From: Gemmatimonadales bacterium UBA1120
Lineage (GTDB): Bacteria > Gemmatimonadota > Gemmatimonadetes > Longimicrobiales > Gaopeijiaceae
DNA: 64,000 bases
Assembly (NCBI GenBank): GCA_002313925.1
Contig: DCAZ01000115.1
Location: forward strand, 25,028-89,027
Direction: 5' to 3'
Positions 9,095-18,661 of the stretch are shown in pieces (positions within the stretch are counted from its first letter, which is position 1; every line of letters starts with the position of its first letter). A program made the translations under genes and the position numbers. The notes beneath the pieces are model-generated. The model worked only from the letters and a program-made list of their open reading frames with translations, was not told where the DNA came from and did not search any database.

Positions 9095-10236
9095 CAGCTG
9101 AGGACTTCGGCGAGGACAGAGAGCAATTCCTCTAATTCGTCTAGGGTGTGCTCGCCCATGTGTCCGATGCGAAATGTTGTAGGCTTAAGTTTCCCATATC
9201 CCCCTCCGATGACCCATCCCCGCTCTTTGACAGCATCGACGATCGATGGAGCACTCACCCCATCCGGTACCTGAACAGCTGTTACTGTCGGAGAACGATG
9301 GCCCTCCGCGGCGACTACCTTCAGCTGAACACCCGAAGAGCTCATCTCCTCGACCCACGCCCAAGTGCGTTCAGCCATCTTTTGATGACGTACCCAACGA
9401 CCTTCCATTGTTTCTTCAGCCATCAAGCGGAGTTGTACCTGAAGCGCAAAGAGGGTTGAGAGCGCAGGTGTAGTGGGTGTCTGTAGCTTCTCTATATTCT
9501 CAGAGTATCTAACTAAGTCAAAGTAGTAGCCCCGGCCACCCACTTCTTTGGCTCGCTCAATCATCGAGCTAGATGCCACACCAAACGAAACACCAGGCGG
9601 TATAGAGAAGGCCTTCTGTCCACCAGTCAGAACAAAATCAAGTCCCCAAGAATCAGTTTGGAGTTCGGCACCGGCTGCACCGCTCACTGAGTCAACCAAC
9701 AGAAGAGTTCCCGCATGCTGGTGCACTACCTCAGAGAGCGTCTGTAAATCGTTTAATACCCCAGTAGAAGTCTCGGAGTGAGCCACTGTAACGGCGTCGT
9801 ATTTTTTGGCCGATAGGGCCGCGGCGACTCGGTCAGGATCCTGCGCTTCTCCCCAAGGAATAGCAACCTCATCGACTTCGAGGCCACAGTGACATGCGAT
9901 ACTTGAGAAGCGTTTACTAAACGCACCATTTACAAGTGAGAGCACCCGATTCGAAGCACCATTACGGATTGCAGCCTCCATAAGGCCAGTACCCGAGCAT
10001 GGGACAATGAATACCGGACGTTCGGTCCGAAATGCGTCCTTGAGTCCGGCCTGTAACTCACCGATGAAAGCCTGCACATCCGGCCCTCGGTGACCTGTCA
10101 TCGGTTGAAGTTGAGCAGCAAGCACTTCAGGGCGGACTTCAACAGGACCGGGTAGGAAGAAGCGTCCGTAGGGGCGGGTCAAACCCTTAGGGTCTGGGTG
10201 ATTCAATTTATTAGTTCGAGGAACATCCCGATTCAC
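9094..10236 (-). CDS. class-V PLP aminotransferase, probable phosphoserine aminotransferase of the AGXT-like type
   Basis: 380 aa. FLPGPVEVRPEV, HRGPDVQAF, GGQKAFSIPPG (PLP lysine), FRIGHMG. Its stop overlaps the serA start by 1 nt (TGATG), implying co-translation with serA. The start (GTG 10236) is uncertain. Confidence 0.8.
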   Translation of the reverse strand: MNRDVPRTNKLNHPDPKGLTRPYGRFFLPGPVEVRPEVLAAQLQPMTGHRGPDVQAFIGELQAGLKDAFRTERPVFIVPCSGTGLMEAAIRNGASNRVLSLVNGAFSKRFSSIACHCGLEVDEVAIPWGEAQDPDRVAAALSAKKYDAVTVAHSETSTGVLNDLQTLSEVVHQHAGTLLLVDSVSGAAGAELQTDSWGLDFVLTGGQKAFSIPPGVSFGVASSSMIERAKEVGGRGYYFDLVRYSENIEKLQTPTTPALSTLFALQVQLRLMAEETMEGRWVRHQKMAERTWAWVEEMSSSGVQLKVVAAEGHRSPTVTAVQVPDGVSAPSIVDAVKERGWVIGGGYGKLKPTTFRIGHMGEHTLDELEELLSVLAEVLS

Positions 10237-10345
10237 TAAGAAGTTGGGATAGGCGCTCTGAGGTTTCGGAAGAAACTAATGGTTCAGCGAATATTTTTCA
10301 TGGGCCTTGAAGCCTCCGATCAAGGCAGTCCCTATGACGGTCTGT

Positions 10346-10858
10346 TTAATCCCTCCAGGCATCCTTCCATTTCGAATAGGGCAAAGCCACCAACCCGCCT
10401 TGCTCAAGTACTGCCAGGCCCGCTGTATCACGATACTGCTCACGATAGAAAACGTAGGATATGTTTGCCTGTATCATTAATTTTGCACACACCACACACG
10501 GGCTCGCGGTTATAAATGCGACCTTGTCACGCATTTGCCCAGGTGCCTTCACGAGAGCGTTCATCTCAGAATGGATGCAACCACACCTGCCCTGCTCAGT
10601 TGAGTCACATTTGTTCGGAAAGCCCCGAGCATTACCGTTGTACCCTATCGCGACAACATTTTCCAGGCCGGCATCTGTAATCACTGTCCCGACCTGGAGC
10701 CTCGCACAGGTTGAACGTTTAGCAAGCTCTTCAGCCATACGCATATAGACTTCATAGAGAGGGGGCCGACTCACATTCACGTCCACCCCGTCCTCCCGGT
10801 CACTGAGATTCAAAGGGTGACTGTTATCCCGGACTCCATCCTTGTGAATCAGCGGCAC
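10346..10858 (-). CDS. dCMP deaminase (ComEB/CMP-dCMP zinc-dependent deaminase family)
   Basis: Zinc-binding motifs CIHSEMNAL (HxE) and SPCVVCAKLM (PCxxC). The N-terminal RPPLYEVYMRMAEELAKRSTCARLQVG is typical of dCMP deaminases. Confidence 0.85.
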   Translation of the reverse strand: MPLIHKDGVRDNSHPLNLSDREDGVDVNVSRPPLYEVYMRMAEELAKRSTCARLQVGTVITDAGLENVVAIGYNGNARGFPNKCDSTEQGRCGCIHSEMNALVKAPGQMRDKVAFITASPCVVCAKLMIQANISYVFYREQYRDTAGLAVLEQGGLVALPYSKWKDAWRD

Positions 10859-11008
10859 ACTACCTCCTCCTTTGATTCGAGCAACTCTATCAATCTCAGA
10901 CCAGGCCGGCGAGTACTCAACCGAAGCCGAAGGCAGGCAAGACGGATCCGAACCGCCTCACCCCTCATGGCCATTTTCCGGGCCGGAGACGATACCGACC
11001 CAAGTACC

Positions 11009-12736
11009 TTAGTTCCCCATCATCTTTGTGGTGAGCGCTGTCGGAGTCATCAGTTTGTAGATCGGTACTAAAGGTGGACGTGCTGAGCCCGTTCCGGCAC
11101 CACGACCACCAAAGCCCCGACCTCCACCTACCGCATCTGCTGAACGAGGAATCCAGGCATCCATCGTGTTCCAATAGACGACGCTGTCCTCGGTCTCCGG
11201 TTCAAGCATGTGTGCGACCAATCGGCCAAGATATTGAGCTGTAGGTACAATGAAGGTGCCCGCTGGAAATAGTTCGGTAAGCGTGAGTACCTCACCTACT
11301 TCAACTTTCGTGGCTGCTGCATGGTTGTATGCGCGCTCGTGCGTAACGTCCGTGACCGTGTAAGCATCAACCTGGAGTTCTGCAGCTGATACAAGCGTTT
11401 CGACAGTGATCCCATGGCGCCTGAGCATCGCAACTGCATCAACAGCGTCACGAGGTAGGAGGTACGCCCAAGGGCGAGCGCGTAACCGCAGGGCGACCGG
11501 CTTCTTCATAAGGTCGGCTCCTGTAACCTGAATAATCTCTACCGGATCATTCGAGCTACCTCCCCTGCCACCTCCTCGCACAATTTCGTAGCTGACAGGA
11601 TAGTCCTCTGCAGCATACTCCATCACGACAGCGATATCACCTCGCGGCTCAGCTCCCATCTCAATCGTCTCACTGCGTGCACCATCCACCACGCTCATAA
11701 GCCGATCAGTGTTTTCTGCAGCGAACTCGACTACTGTCAGATAACCTAGGTATCCGGCCCTTGCTCCTGTTTCAAGCTCCTGAGAAGGGGCCTCAAAAAG
11801 AATTCCGACCGAATTTACAAAGCCGCCGTAGTTTCGACCGATCCTCGCTTGTGACCCGCCAACCCGCCACTCATTCTCATCTCCACCCGTATAATACCAG
11901 GCCTTGTAACCTTCCGTTGCAAGCTTCGCGTTGATGGCTGGAAAAATCTCCCGGTCGCACATGAGCGTGATCTCGATTGCCGGATCGAAATGGCTCGGAC
12001 ACTGATAATTCAGGTTGTACGGTCGTGACCCGCCGTTGTGACCATCGACAAACATGTGCGGCCGCCACTTGCTAATAATGTTACCTACGTAGTTTGCGAT
12101 CGCCGGCTGCTCGAGCTTGATGTAGTCGCGATTCAGGTCAATGCCCCATGCATTGCCTCGGGTACCTCGCTCAGTCGCCTCAAACCCGTCGGGATTGATT
12201 TGTGGCGCTACAAGAACTGTGACTTCATCAAGCAACTCGTACGCATCCGTTCCCGGAATTGTAAAATCTCTCATCAGGATCATCAGGCCTTCTCGGAACG
12301 TCCGTTCCCCCCCATGCACGTTCGCAGCCAGAACTACTACAGGTCGCCCTAGAGCCCAAGCCTCCCATGGTTCACTCACGAGAGGACGACTGAATACAGC
12401 ATAAGGAAGCTCCCGCCCCTCCCATGTCTGCCCATAGCTCCCTAGCCGCATATCGGTGGTGACGCCGCGGAGTGCTTCCAGATATTCCCACATCTCAAGA
12501 TGTCGGGTATGGCGCGTGAAACCGTTTTCCTCGGCAGCCGTCCGAGGGTAACCATCTGGGACAGGAGACCATTCAACCTGTGCACGGCTTGGAATAACCA
12601 GCGTTCCAGCCAAGAGGCCTGTCAGCAATAGAGAAAAACCATATCGGATGATACCGTGTGGACAGTCACGTCTCATTCTAGACCTCATCATTATCGGGGT
12701 GAAATGGATCGTAGGTAGCGTTGTTAGAGCAGGCAA
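11009..12736 (-). CDS. secreted M14-family zinc carboxypeptidase
   Basis: 575 aa. Signal-like FSLLLTGLLAGTLVIPSRAQ. M14 motifs: VVVLAANVHGGERTFREG (HxxE zinc site), NPDGFE, DLNRDY, FVDGHNGG. The start may be one of the internal Met codons (MMRSRM...). Confidence 0.8.
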   Translation of the reverse strand: MPALTTLPTIHFTPIMMRSRMRRDCPHGIIRYGFSLLLTGLLAGTLVIPSRAQVEWSPVPDGYPRTAAEENGFTRHTRHLEMWEYLEALRGVTTDMRLGSYGQTWEGRELPYAVFSRPLVSEPWEAWALGRPVVVLAANVHGGERTFREGLMILMRDFTIPGTDAYELLDEVTVLVAPQINPDGFEATERGTRGNAWGIDLNRDYIKLEQPAIANYVGNIISKWRPHMFVDGHNGGSRPYNLNYQCPSHFDPAIEITLMCDREIFPAINAKLATEGYKAWYYTGGDENEWRVGGSQARIGRNYGGFVNSVGILFEAPSQELETGARAGYLGYLTVVEFAAENTDRLMSVVDGARSETIEMGAEPRGDIAVVMEYAAEDYPVSYEIVRGGGRGGSSNDPVEIIQVTGADLMKKPVALRLRARPWAYLLPRDAVDAVAMLRRHGITVETLVSAAELQVDAYTVTDVTHERAYNHAAATKVEVGEVLTLTELFPAGTFIVPTAQYLGRLVAHMLEPETEDSVVYWNTMDAWIPRSADAVGGGRGFGGRGAGTGSARPPLVPIYKLMTPTALTTKMMGN

Positions 12737-12754
12737 GCGAAGTCCCCTCTGTAC

Positions 12755-14596
12755 TCAACCCCGAGCCCTCTTTGCCGCCTTCTTTCTCATATTTTGGTCG
12801 AGAACCGTTTTCCGGAGTCGGACTGCGTCGGGTGTGATCTCAATCAGCTCGTCATCCTCAATGAACTCAAGCGCCACTTCCAGCGTCATCCTTCTAGGAG
12901 GCTCTAGCTTGATGCTCTCATCCGAACCGGCTGCCCTCATGTTCGTGAGTTTCTTTTCCTTACCAACGTTTACATCGAGGTCACCCAGTCTGGCGTTTTC
13001 TCCAACAATCATCCCACCGTAAACCTCTTCACCAGGTGACACAAAGAGAGTGCCCCGTTCTTGGAGATTTTGCAGTGCGAATCCGACTGCCCTACCAACC
13101 CGATCGGCAACAAGCACGCCGCGCCCTCGGCCCTTGAGCACTCCGGCCCATGTACCCCAAGAGTGGAACTGATGATGAAGAACACCCTCTCCGCGAGTGT
13201 CTGTGAGGAACTCTGACCGGTAGCCAACAAGTCCACGAGCGGGAACACGCAAGCTTAATCTAGTGGTTCCCGAGTCACCCATCGGTCGCAGATCGGTCAT
13301 CTCTCCTTTTCTGGATCCTAGCTTCTCGATAACGGTGCCAATTATTTCAGAAGGGACCTCAATTAGTGCCTCCTCATAAGGCTCTTGTAATTCTCCATCA
13401 ACACCGGTCCGAGTTATCACTCTCGGTCGCGAAACCTGAAACTCATAACCTTCCCGTCGCATCGTTTCGATGAGTATGGATAAGTGAAGCTCACCGCGCC
13501 CGCTTACCGTCAGGGTCTCTGGCTGCTCCGTATCCTCAACGCGCAGGGCCACGTTCTGTTCTAGTTCTCTATATAGTCGCTCACGGAGGTGTCGGCTCGT
13601 CACGAACTTGCCGGACTGTCCTGCAAATGGTGAGTTATTGACCGTGAAGTCCATGGACAAGGTAGGCTCTTCGACCGCGATCCCGAGTAAACGCTCCTGA
13701 TGCTCCGGATCACTCAACGTTTTCCCGATCTCCACACCTTCAATCCCAGTGAGTGCGACGATATCGCCTGCGTTTACCTCCTCAACCTCAATACGTTCTA
13801 GCCCACTAAACGTGTAGAGCTTAGCAACCTTAGCTTCTTCAGCCTCAGTCACATCGTCGACCATGCCAGGGCTACCAAAATCAAGAAGAGCAACACGCTG
13901 GCCGACACACACCCGCCCCCGCTCTATGCGACCGATGGCAATCCGGCCCAAATAAGAAGAGTGATCAAGGGTTGAGACAAGCATCTGAAACGGACCAGTG
14001 GGATCGACCTCCGGTTCCGGAAAGTGCGATATAATTCCATCAAACAGTGGCCTTAAGTCTCCCTCACTTAGTTCCGGGGTATCTCCTGCCCAACCGTCAC
14101 GCCCCGCAGCATAGAGAAATGGTGAATCAAGCTGCCGTTCAGTTGCTTCCAAATCCATGAAAAGCTCTAGTACTTCATCATGCACCTCGGCCGGACGAGC
14201 ATCTGCGCGGTCGATCTTGTTGATCACCACGAGTGAGAGGAGTTCAAGCTCAAGAGCCTTTCTCGTAACAAAACGAGTCTGTGGCATAGGCCCTTCCGCT
14301 GCATCCACGAGCAGGACGACTCCATCGACCATTCTGAGAATTCGTTCTACTTCACCCCCGAAGTCGGCATGCCCTGGGGTATCAACAATGTTGATCTTCA
14401 CCTCATTCCAATACACTGCAGTATTTTTAGCAAGAATTGTGATCCCCCGCTCTCGCTCTAGGGGATTCGAATCCAAAACGCGTTCCTGCACCTCTTGGTT
14501 GTCACGAAAGACTCCGGCTTGCCGAAACATCTGATCGACTAGAGTGGTCTTTCCGTGATCAACGTGTGCGATTATGGCAATATTGCGGATGGGCAT
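12755..14596 (-). CDS. typA: translational GTPase TypA/BipA
   Basis: 613 aa. MPIRNIAIIAHVDHGKTTLVD, DTPGHADFGGEV, VINKIDR. EF-G-like domains II-V and the BipA C-terminal domain are present. Confidence 0.95.
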   Translation of the reverse strand: MPIRNIAIIAHVDHGKTTLVDQMFRQAGVFRDNQEVQERVLDSNPLERERGITILAKNTAVYWNEVKINIVDTPGHADFGGEVERILRMVDGVVLLVDAAEGPMPQTRFVTRKALELELLSLVVINKIDRADARPAEVHDEVLELFMDLEATERQLDSPFLYAAGRDGWAGDTPELSEGDLRPLFDGIISHFPEPEVDPTGPFQMLVSTLDHSSYLGRIAIGRIERGRVCVGQRVALLDFGSPGMVDDVTEAEEAKVAKLYTFSGLERIEVEEVNAGDIVALTGIEGVEIGKTLSDPEHQERLLGIAVEEPTLSMDFTVNNSPFAGQSGKFVTSRHLRERLYRELEQNVALRVEDTEQPETLTVSGRGELHLSILIETMRREGYEFQVSRPRVITRTGVDGELQEPYEEALIEVPSEIIGTVIEKLGSRKGEMTDLRPMGDSGTTRLSLRVPARGLVGYRSEFLTDTRGEGVLHHQFHSWGTWAGVLKGRGRGVLVADRVGRAVGFALQNLQERGTLFVSPGEEVYGGMIVGENARLGDLDVNVGKEKKLTNMRAAGSDESIKLEPPRRMTLEVALEFIEDDELIEITPDAVRLRKTVLDQNMRKKAAKRARG

Positions 14597-14700
14597 TGTT
14601 CGGGCGGTCCCCGGCGACCGAGACGCTGAGATCAGAGCCCGTTAAGTTAATCGCTTTCCTTCTATACTCTCAGTGCGAAACCTCATCGGAGTCACTTCTC

Positions 14701-16002
14701 TTGCGAACTACTTCTTCGGCACTATTCGCTCTAGTGGCCATCCTGGTATCCGATCTTTCACTACTCTCTGCTCAGGAGTTAGCTCCTACGTACGCCGCAG
14801 AGGCCCGCGAGCTAGTGGCAGATCCTCAAATTGTGAAAGCGTTTGCGCTTGCTGAAGAGCTAGACCAATGGTCTCTCGAGAGACTAATCGAACTGACAGA
14901 GATTCCGGCACCTCCATTCTTAGAAGAAGCTAGAGGTCGGCGTTTTGCTGAGTTACTAAAACAGTTTGGTGCAGATTCCGTCTGGACCGACATGGAAGGA
15001 AATGTGATTGGGCTGCGCCGTGGCCGAGGGAGGGAGAGGACGATTGGTTTCGGTGGCCATCTGGACACGGTCTTCCCGGAGGGAACAGATGTCACAGTCC
15101 GCCAGGTTGGCGACACCCTCTTCGCACCTGGGATTGGTGATGATACTCGAGGGCTAGTTGTTGTGCTGACCGCTCTTCGAGCAATGGAGGAGGCCGGAGT
15201 TGAAACTGAAGACGATATTCTCTTCGTCGGGGTGGTAGGAGAGGAAGGCCTCGGAGACCTCAGGGGGATGAAGCACTTATTTCGTGCAGTGAATGAGGCA
15301 CCTGACGTTTGGATTGATGTCGACGGTGGTGGCCTTAGTCGACTAGTCACTATGGGATTGGGTTCCGTTCGTTACCGCATAGCTTTTAATGGACCAGGAG
15401 GACACTCGTGGGGTGCCTTCGGCCTGGTAAATCCAGCACACGCAATGAGCCGGGCCGTTCGGTACTTTCAAGATATTGCAGATACGCTCACGAGGAATGG
15501 GGCCCGTACCAGCTATAACGTAGGCCGAATTGGAGGGGGGACTTCAGTAAACTCGATCCCTGCAGAAACATGGATGGAGGTCGATATGCGCTCGGAAAGT
15601 CCTGAAAGTCTCGACCGTATCGAACAGGTCTTCTTGGACGCGATGAACCGTGGATTAAACGAAGAGAACCGCCTCCGTCGTAGTGGGCCCCCTCTGACAC
15701 TTGAGAACAGAAAGGTGGGAGATAGGCCTTCTGGCTCCCTCGAATCATCAATCCCACTCATCCAGCGAGCATTGGCCACTACTGCAGTCTTTGGTGTGTC
15801 AGGTGAACTGGCTCGGTCATCAACAGACTCGAACGTCCCAATCGCACAAGGGGTTCCAGCAGTGACCATTGGCCGAGGGGGCGTGGGAGGTGCAGGACAC
15901 TCGCCTGGGGAGTGGTGGATCAACCGAGATGGCCATCTTGCGATACAACGCGCTTTGTTGCTTGTCGTGGCTGAAGCAGGCCTCGCTAATCCCATTTCCT
16001 AG
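14701..16002 (+). CDS. M20/M25/M40 family metallopeptidase (peptidase T / carboxypeptidase-like), secreted
   Basis: GGHLDTVFPEGTD, GIGDDTRGLVV, GVVGEEGLGDLRG and a late HSPGEW are M20 metal-ligand blocks. The track ORF starts at GTG 14566 and overlaps the typA start. An in-frame TTG at 14701 gives a clean signal peptide (M)RTTSSALFALVAILVSDLSLLSAQE. Confidence 0.8.
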   Translation: MRTTSSALFALVAILVSDLSLLSAQELAPTYAAEARELVADPQIVKAFALAEELDQWSLERLIELTEIPAPPFLEEARGRRFAELLKQFGADSVWTDMEGNVIGLRRGRGRERTIGFGGHLDTVFPEGTDVTVRQVGDTLFAPGIGDDTRGLVVVLTALRAMEEAGVETEDDILFVGVVGEEGLGDLRGMKHLFRAVNEAPDVWIDVDGGGLSRLVTMGLGSVRYRIAFNGPGGHSWGAFGLVNPAHAMSRAVRYFQDIADTLTRNGARTSYNVGRIGGGTSVNSIPAETWMEVDMRSESPESLDRIEQVFLDAMNRGLNEENRLRRSGPPLTLENRKVGDRPSGSLESSIPLIQRALATTAVFGVSGELARSSTDSNVPIAQGVPAVTIGRGGVGGAGHSPGEWWINRDGHLAIQRALLLVVAEAGLANPIS

Positions 16003-16049
16003 GATCACTCTGGGATGCGCAGACACATGGATTGGTGCTAGGATTCAGG

Positions 16050-16484
16050 ATGCACTACGAACAGGCCACAAGTGGTATCCGCGTACGGGTTCAGCCGCGC
16101 TTCTCTCTATCGGATTCAAATCCGGAGGATGGGGTTTACGTATTTTCCTACGAGATAGAGATGGAAAACCAAGGTGATAGAACTGCACAGCTACTCTTCC
16201 GACATTGGAGAATCCACGATTCAATCGGGGATGATACTGAAGTAGACGGAGAAGGGGTTGTCGGTATGAAGCCAGTGCTTAAGCCTGGAGAATCTCACAT
16301 GTACAAAAGCTTCTGTGTGCTCCGATCTCCGGTCGGTTATATGGAAGGTTACTACACATTCGTAAGACCTGATGGCGAACGCTTCCGTGCCGAAGTGCCC
16401 CGATTCGAGCTGAACGGCCCAATAATCATCCCGAATGCAATCCAGGCTGATGACCCGAGCGACAATGTACAGGAGATGAACTGA
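16050..16484 (+). CDS. apaG: ApaG (DUF525) protein
   Basis: MHYEQATSGIRVRVQPRFSLSDSNPEDGVYVFSYEIEMENQGDRTAQLLFRHWRIHDSIG...GEGVVGMKPVLKPGESHMYKS matches the ApaG fold pattern. ATG at 16050 is preferred over the upstream GTG at 16032. Confidence 0.85.
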   Translation: MHYEQATSGIRVRVQPRFSLSDSNPEDGVYVFSYEIEMENQGDRTAQLLFRHWRIHDSIGDDTEVDGEGVVGMKPVLKPGESHMYKSFCVLRSPVGYMEGYYTFVRPDGERFRAEVPRFELNGPIIIPNAIQADDPSDNVQEMN

Positions 16485-16605
16485 CTACTCAGTCTGTTTA
16501 CAGATTATCAAACCTGTTTTTGCAAGGGCGTTGGCAGTGCTTACCCGATGTTATTATGGTTTATTGCTTTAGCCACCTCATCCCTGTCGTAGATCAGGGG
16601 GAAAT

Positions 16606-16797
16606 GTGAACAATTCCGTCGCCATTGACGCTAAGCGCATTCTGCTTCGCTATGGAGCACCAATCGCTGTGTTGGATAAGGTATCTGAGTCTCACCGTGT
16701 GGAATTCGCACGTGCGATTGCTCGGACGACCCTCGCTAGCCGGGAACCGCGGCTTAAAGAACTTCTTATAGAACACGGTTATCTAGAAGAAGACTGA
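16606..16797 (+). CDS. hypothetical small protein (63 aa)
   Basis: ORF with a GTG start preceded by AGGGGGAAAT (Shine-Dalgarno-like). Helical, charged, with no recognisable motif. It sits in an otherwise 500-bp non-coding gap. Confidence 0.3.
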   Translation: MNNSVAIDAKRILLRYGAPIAVLDKVSESHRVEFARAIARTTLASREPRLKELLIEHGYLEED

Positions 16798-16992
16798 AGC
16801 CTGGGGCTTAAGTAATCGACGGCATCCTCCCCTGGGCATTCAAGCCTACAGACTCAGCCGTCTATCTTTCTGGTAGTCGGCTAACGCACTCGCCCTCCAC
16901 TCCAAGACATTCTTCTGCTCGAAGCAGCGAACACTCTCTCATCGCTGCAGCTTAAGGCTTAGCTTGCCCGGATCCCTTCCTGGAGAGGACTT

Positions 16993-18573
16993 ATGATTCT
17001 TCGAGCTATCACGCTCCTTACTGTAATCGCACTCGCCAAACCATTGTCAGCACAGGAGCAGACAGTGCTGATCAGCAATGGACGCGTGATGGATGGATCG
17101 GGTAATCCTTGGGTGCGTGCTGACGTGCTTATACAAGGGGACAAGATCATAGAGATCGGAGACCTAGGTAACACATCGGCGGATGAAGTGATCGATGCAA
17201 CCGGGCTATACGTCACCCCTGGGTTCATTGATACACATTCCCATTCTGGCCCCGGACTGGCTACCGAAGGCCTCAGCCACGCAGAGCCACTCCTCGCAAT
17301 GGGCCTGACAACCATTTTCGCAAATCCTGATGGTGGCGGGCCCATCGATTTGAACGCGCAACGTGCCGACCTTGAAACAGATGGGCTAGGCGTCAACGTA
17401 GCCCAGTTGATAGGCCACGGGTCCGTGAGGTCACGAGTGATCGGGCAGCAAGACCGAGTGGCTTCATCTGCAGAGTTAGAACGCATGCGCAGCCTCGTCC
17501 GGGAAGCTATGGAAGAGGGGGCCTGGGGCCTGTCCTCCGGCACCTTCTACGTTCCGGGAAGCTATGCGCCACCGGAAGAGATCGAAGAGCTTGCCAAAGT
17601 CGTCGCCCCCTACAGAGGCTCCTACACGAGTCACTACCGTGATGAGTCCACGTACAGTGTTGGCTTAATCGCTGCCGTGGACGAAGTGATCAACGTAGGT
17701 CGTGTTGCAGGCATCCCAGCAATTCTCACTCACGTTAAGGCTCTAGGGCCGTTCGTCTGGGGATATGGAGCAGCGATCGTTCAGCGTGTAAAACGCGCCC
17801 GCGAAGAAGGGATCCAGGTCTTCGCAGACCAGTACCCCTATACCGCCTCTGCCACAGGCCTAGAAGCTGCCCTCCTGCCCCGTTGGTCCCAGGCCGGAGG
17901 CCGAGACTCACTGATGGCTCGTCTGGATGACGCTCGCACACTAGAACGTATCAAGGAGGGAATGATTGAGGGACTCGCCCGACGAGGTGGGGCAGACCGC
18001 ATCCAATTCCGTAGATACCGTCCGAATGAATCAATCGAAGGGCAGCTCCTAAGTGAGGTCGCTGAAGGGAGAGGTCAGCATCCTATCGACACGGCTATTG
18101 ATCTTATCAAGGCCGGAAGCGTGAGCATTGTCTCATACAATATGAACGATGAGGACGTAGAGACACTGATGGTGCAGCCGTGGACCATGACTTCTTCAGA
18201 CGGCGGCCTGGTGCCCCTAAACGAAGGCGTACCACACCCGCGGAGCTATGGAACCTTTGCTCGTAAAATCCGGTTGTACGTCCAAGAAAAAGGGGTTGTA
18301 ACTCTTGAGCATGCAATTCGGAGCATGACCTCGCTTCCGGCCCAGGTGTTCGGCATGACTAACCGTGGAATGCTTAGACCAGGGATGACTGCAGATATCG
18401 CAATATTCGATCTAGGCGCAGTGCGAGATCTCGCCGAATACGCGGACCCCCATCACTATTCCGAGGGGATGATTCATGTCTTTGTAAACGGCAAAGCAGC
18501 AATTCGGGAGGGAGCTTTCACTGGGATCAAAGCAGGCCGTGTTCTTCGGAAACGAACTCGAGAGATCTCCTGA
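16993..18573 (+). CDS. N-acyl-D-amino-acid deacylase (D-aminoacylase) family amidohydrolase, secreted
   Basis: 526 aa. Signal peptide LLTVIALAKPLSAQE. GFIDTHSHSG metal-binding HxH block, FADQYPY, SDGG. GGAGAGG Shine-Dalgarno 5 nt upstream of the ATG. Confidence 0.85.
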   Translation: MILRAITLLTVIALAKPLSAQEQTVLISNGRVMDGSGNPWVRADVLIQGDKIIEIGDLGNTSADEVIDATGLYVTPGFIDTHSHSGPGLATEGLSHAEPLLAMGLTTIFANPDGGGPIDLNAQRADLETDGLGVNVAQLIGHGSVRSRVIGQQDRVASSAELERMRSLVREAMEEGAWGLSSGTFYVPGSYAPPEEIEELAKVVAPYRGSYTSHYRDESTYSVGLIAAVDEVINVGRVAGIPAILTHVKALGPFVWGYGAAIVQRVKRAREEGIQVFADQYPYTASATGLEAALLPRWSQAGGRDSLMARLDDARTLERIKEGMIEGLARRGGADRIQFRRYRPNESIEGQLLSEVAEGRGQHPIDTAIDLIKAGSVSIVSYNMNDEDVETLMVQPWTMTSSDGGLVPLNEGVPHPRSYGTFARKIRLYVQEKGVVTLEHAIRSMTSLPAQVFGMTNRGMLRPGMTADIAIFDLGAVRDLAEYADPHHYSEGMIHVFVNGKAAIREGAFTGIKAGRVLRKRTREIS

Positions 18574-18661
18574 CAGAGCAGAATCTACCTCAACGTGTGC
18601 ATCCATAAGAATAAGTGGCAGGTAACCCTAGAACCTTTCTGGCCGATGAAGGAGAAGCCCC

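Noticed and set aside
14566-14700. Upstream extension of the M20 ORF overlapping the typA start codon region.
   Set aside because: The extension is not signal-peptide-like and overlaps the divergent typA. The in-frame TTG at 14701 yields a canonical signal peptide.
14826-15350. 174-aa minus-strand ORF.
   Set aside because: It lies antisense within the M20 peptidase gene. It is Ser/Pro/Thr/Arg-rich and is a shadow ORF. The same reasoning applies to 5232-5744 inside the YdiJ-like gene and 15513-15995 inside the M20 gene.
16111-16126. CGGATTCAAATCCGGA looks like a tRNA T-arm/T-loop.
   Set aside because: It lies inside the well-supported apaG reading frame (…FSLSDSNPEDG…). The loop would be 6 nt rather than 7, and no acceptor, D or anticodon arms flank it.
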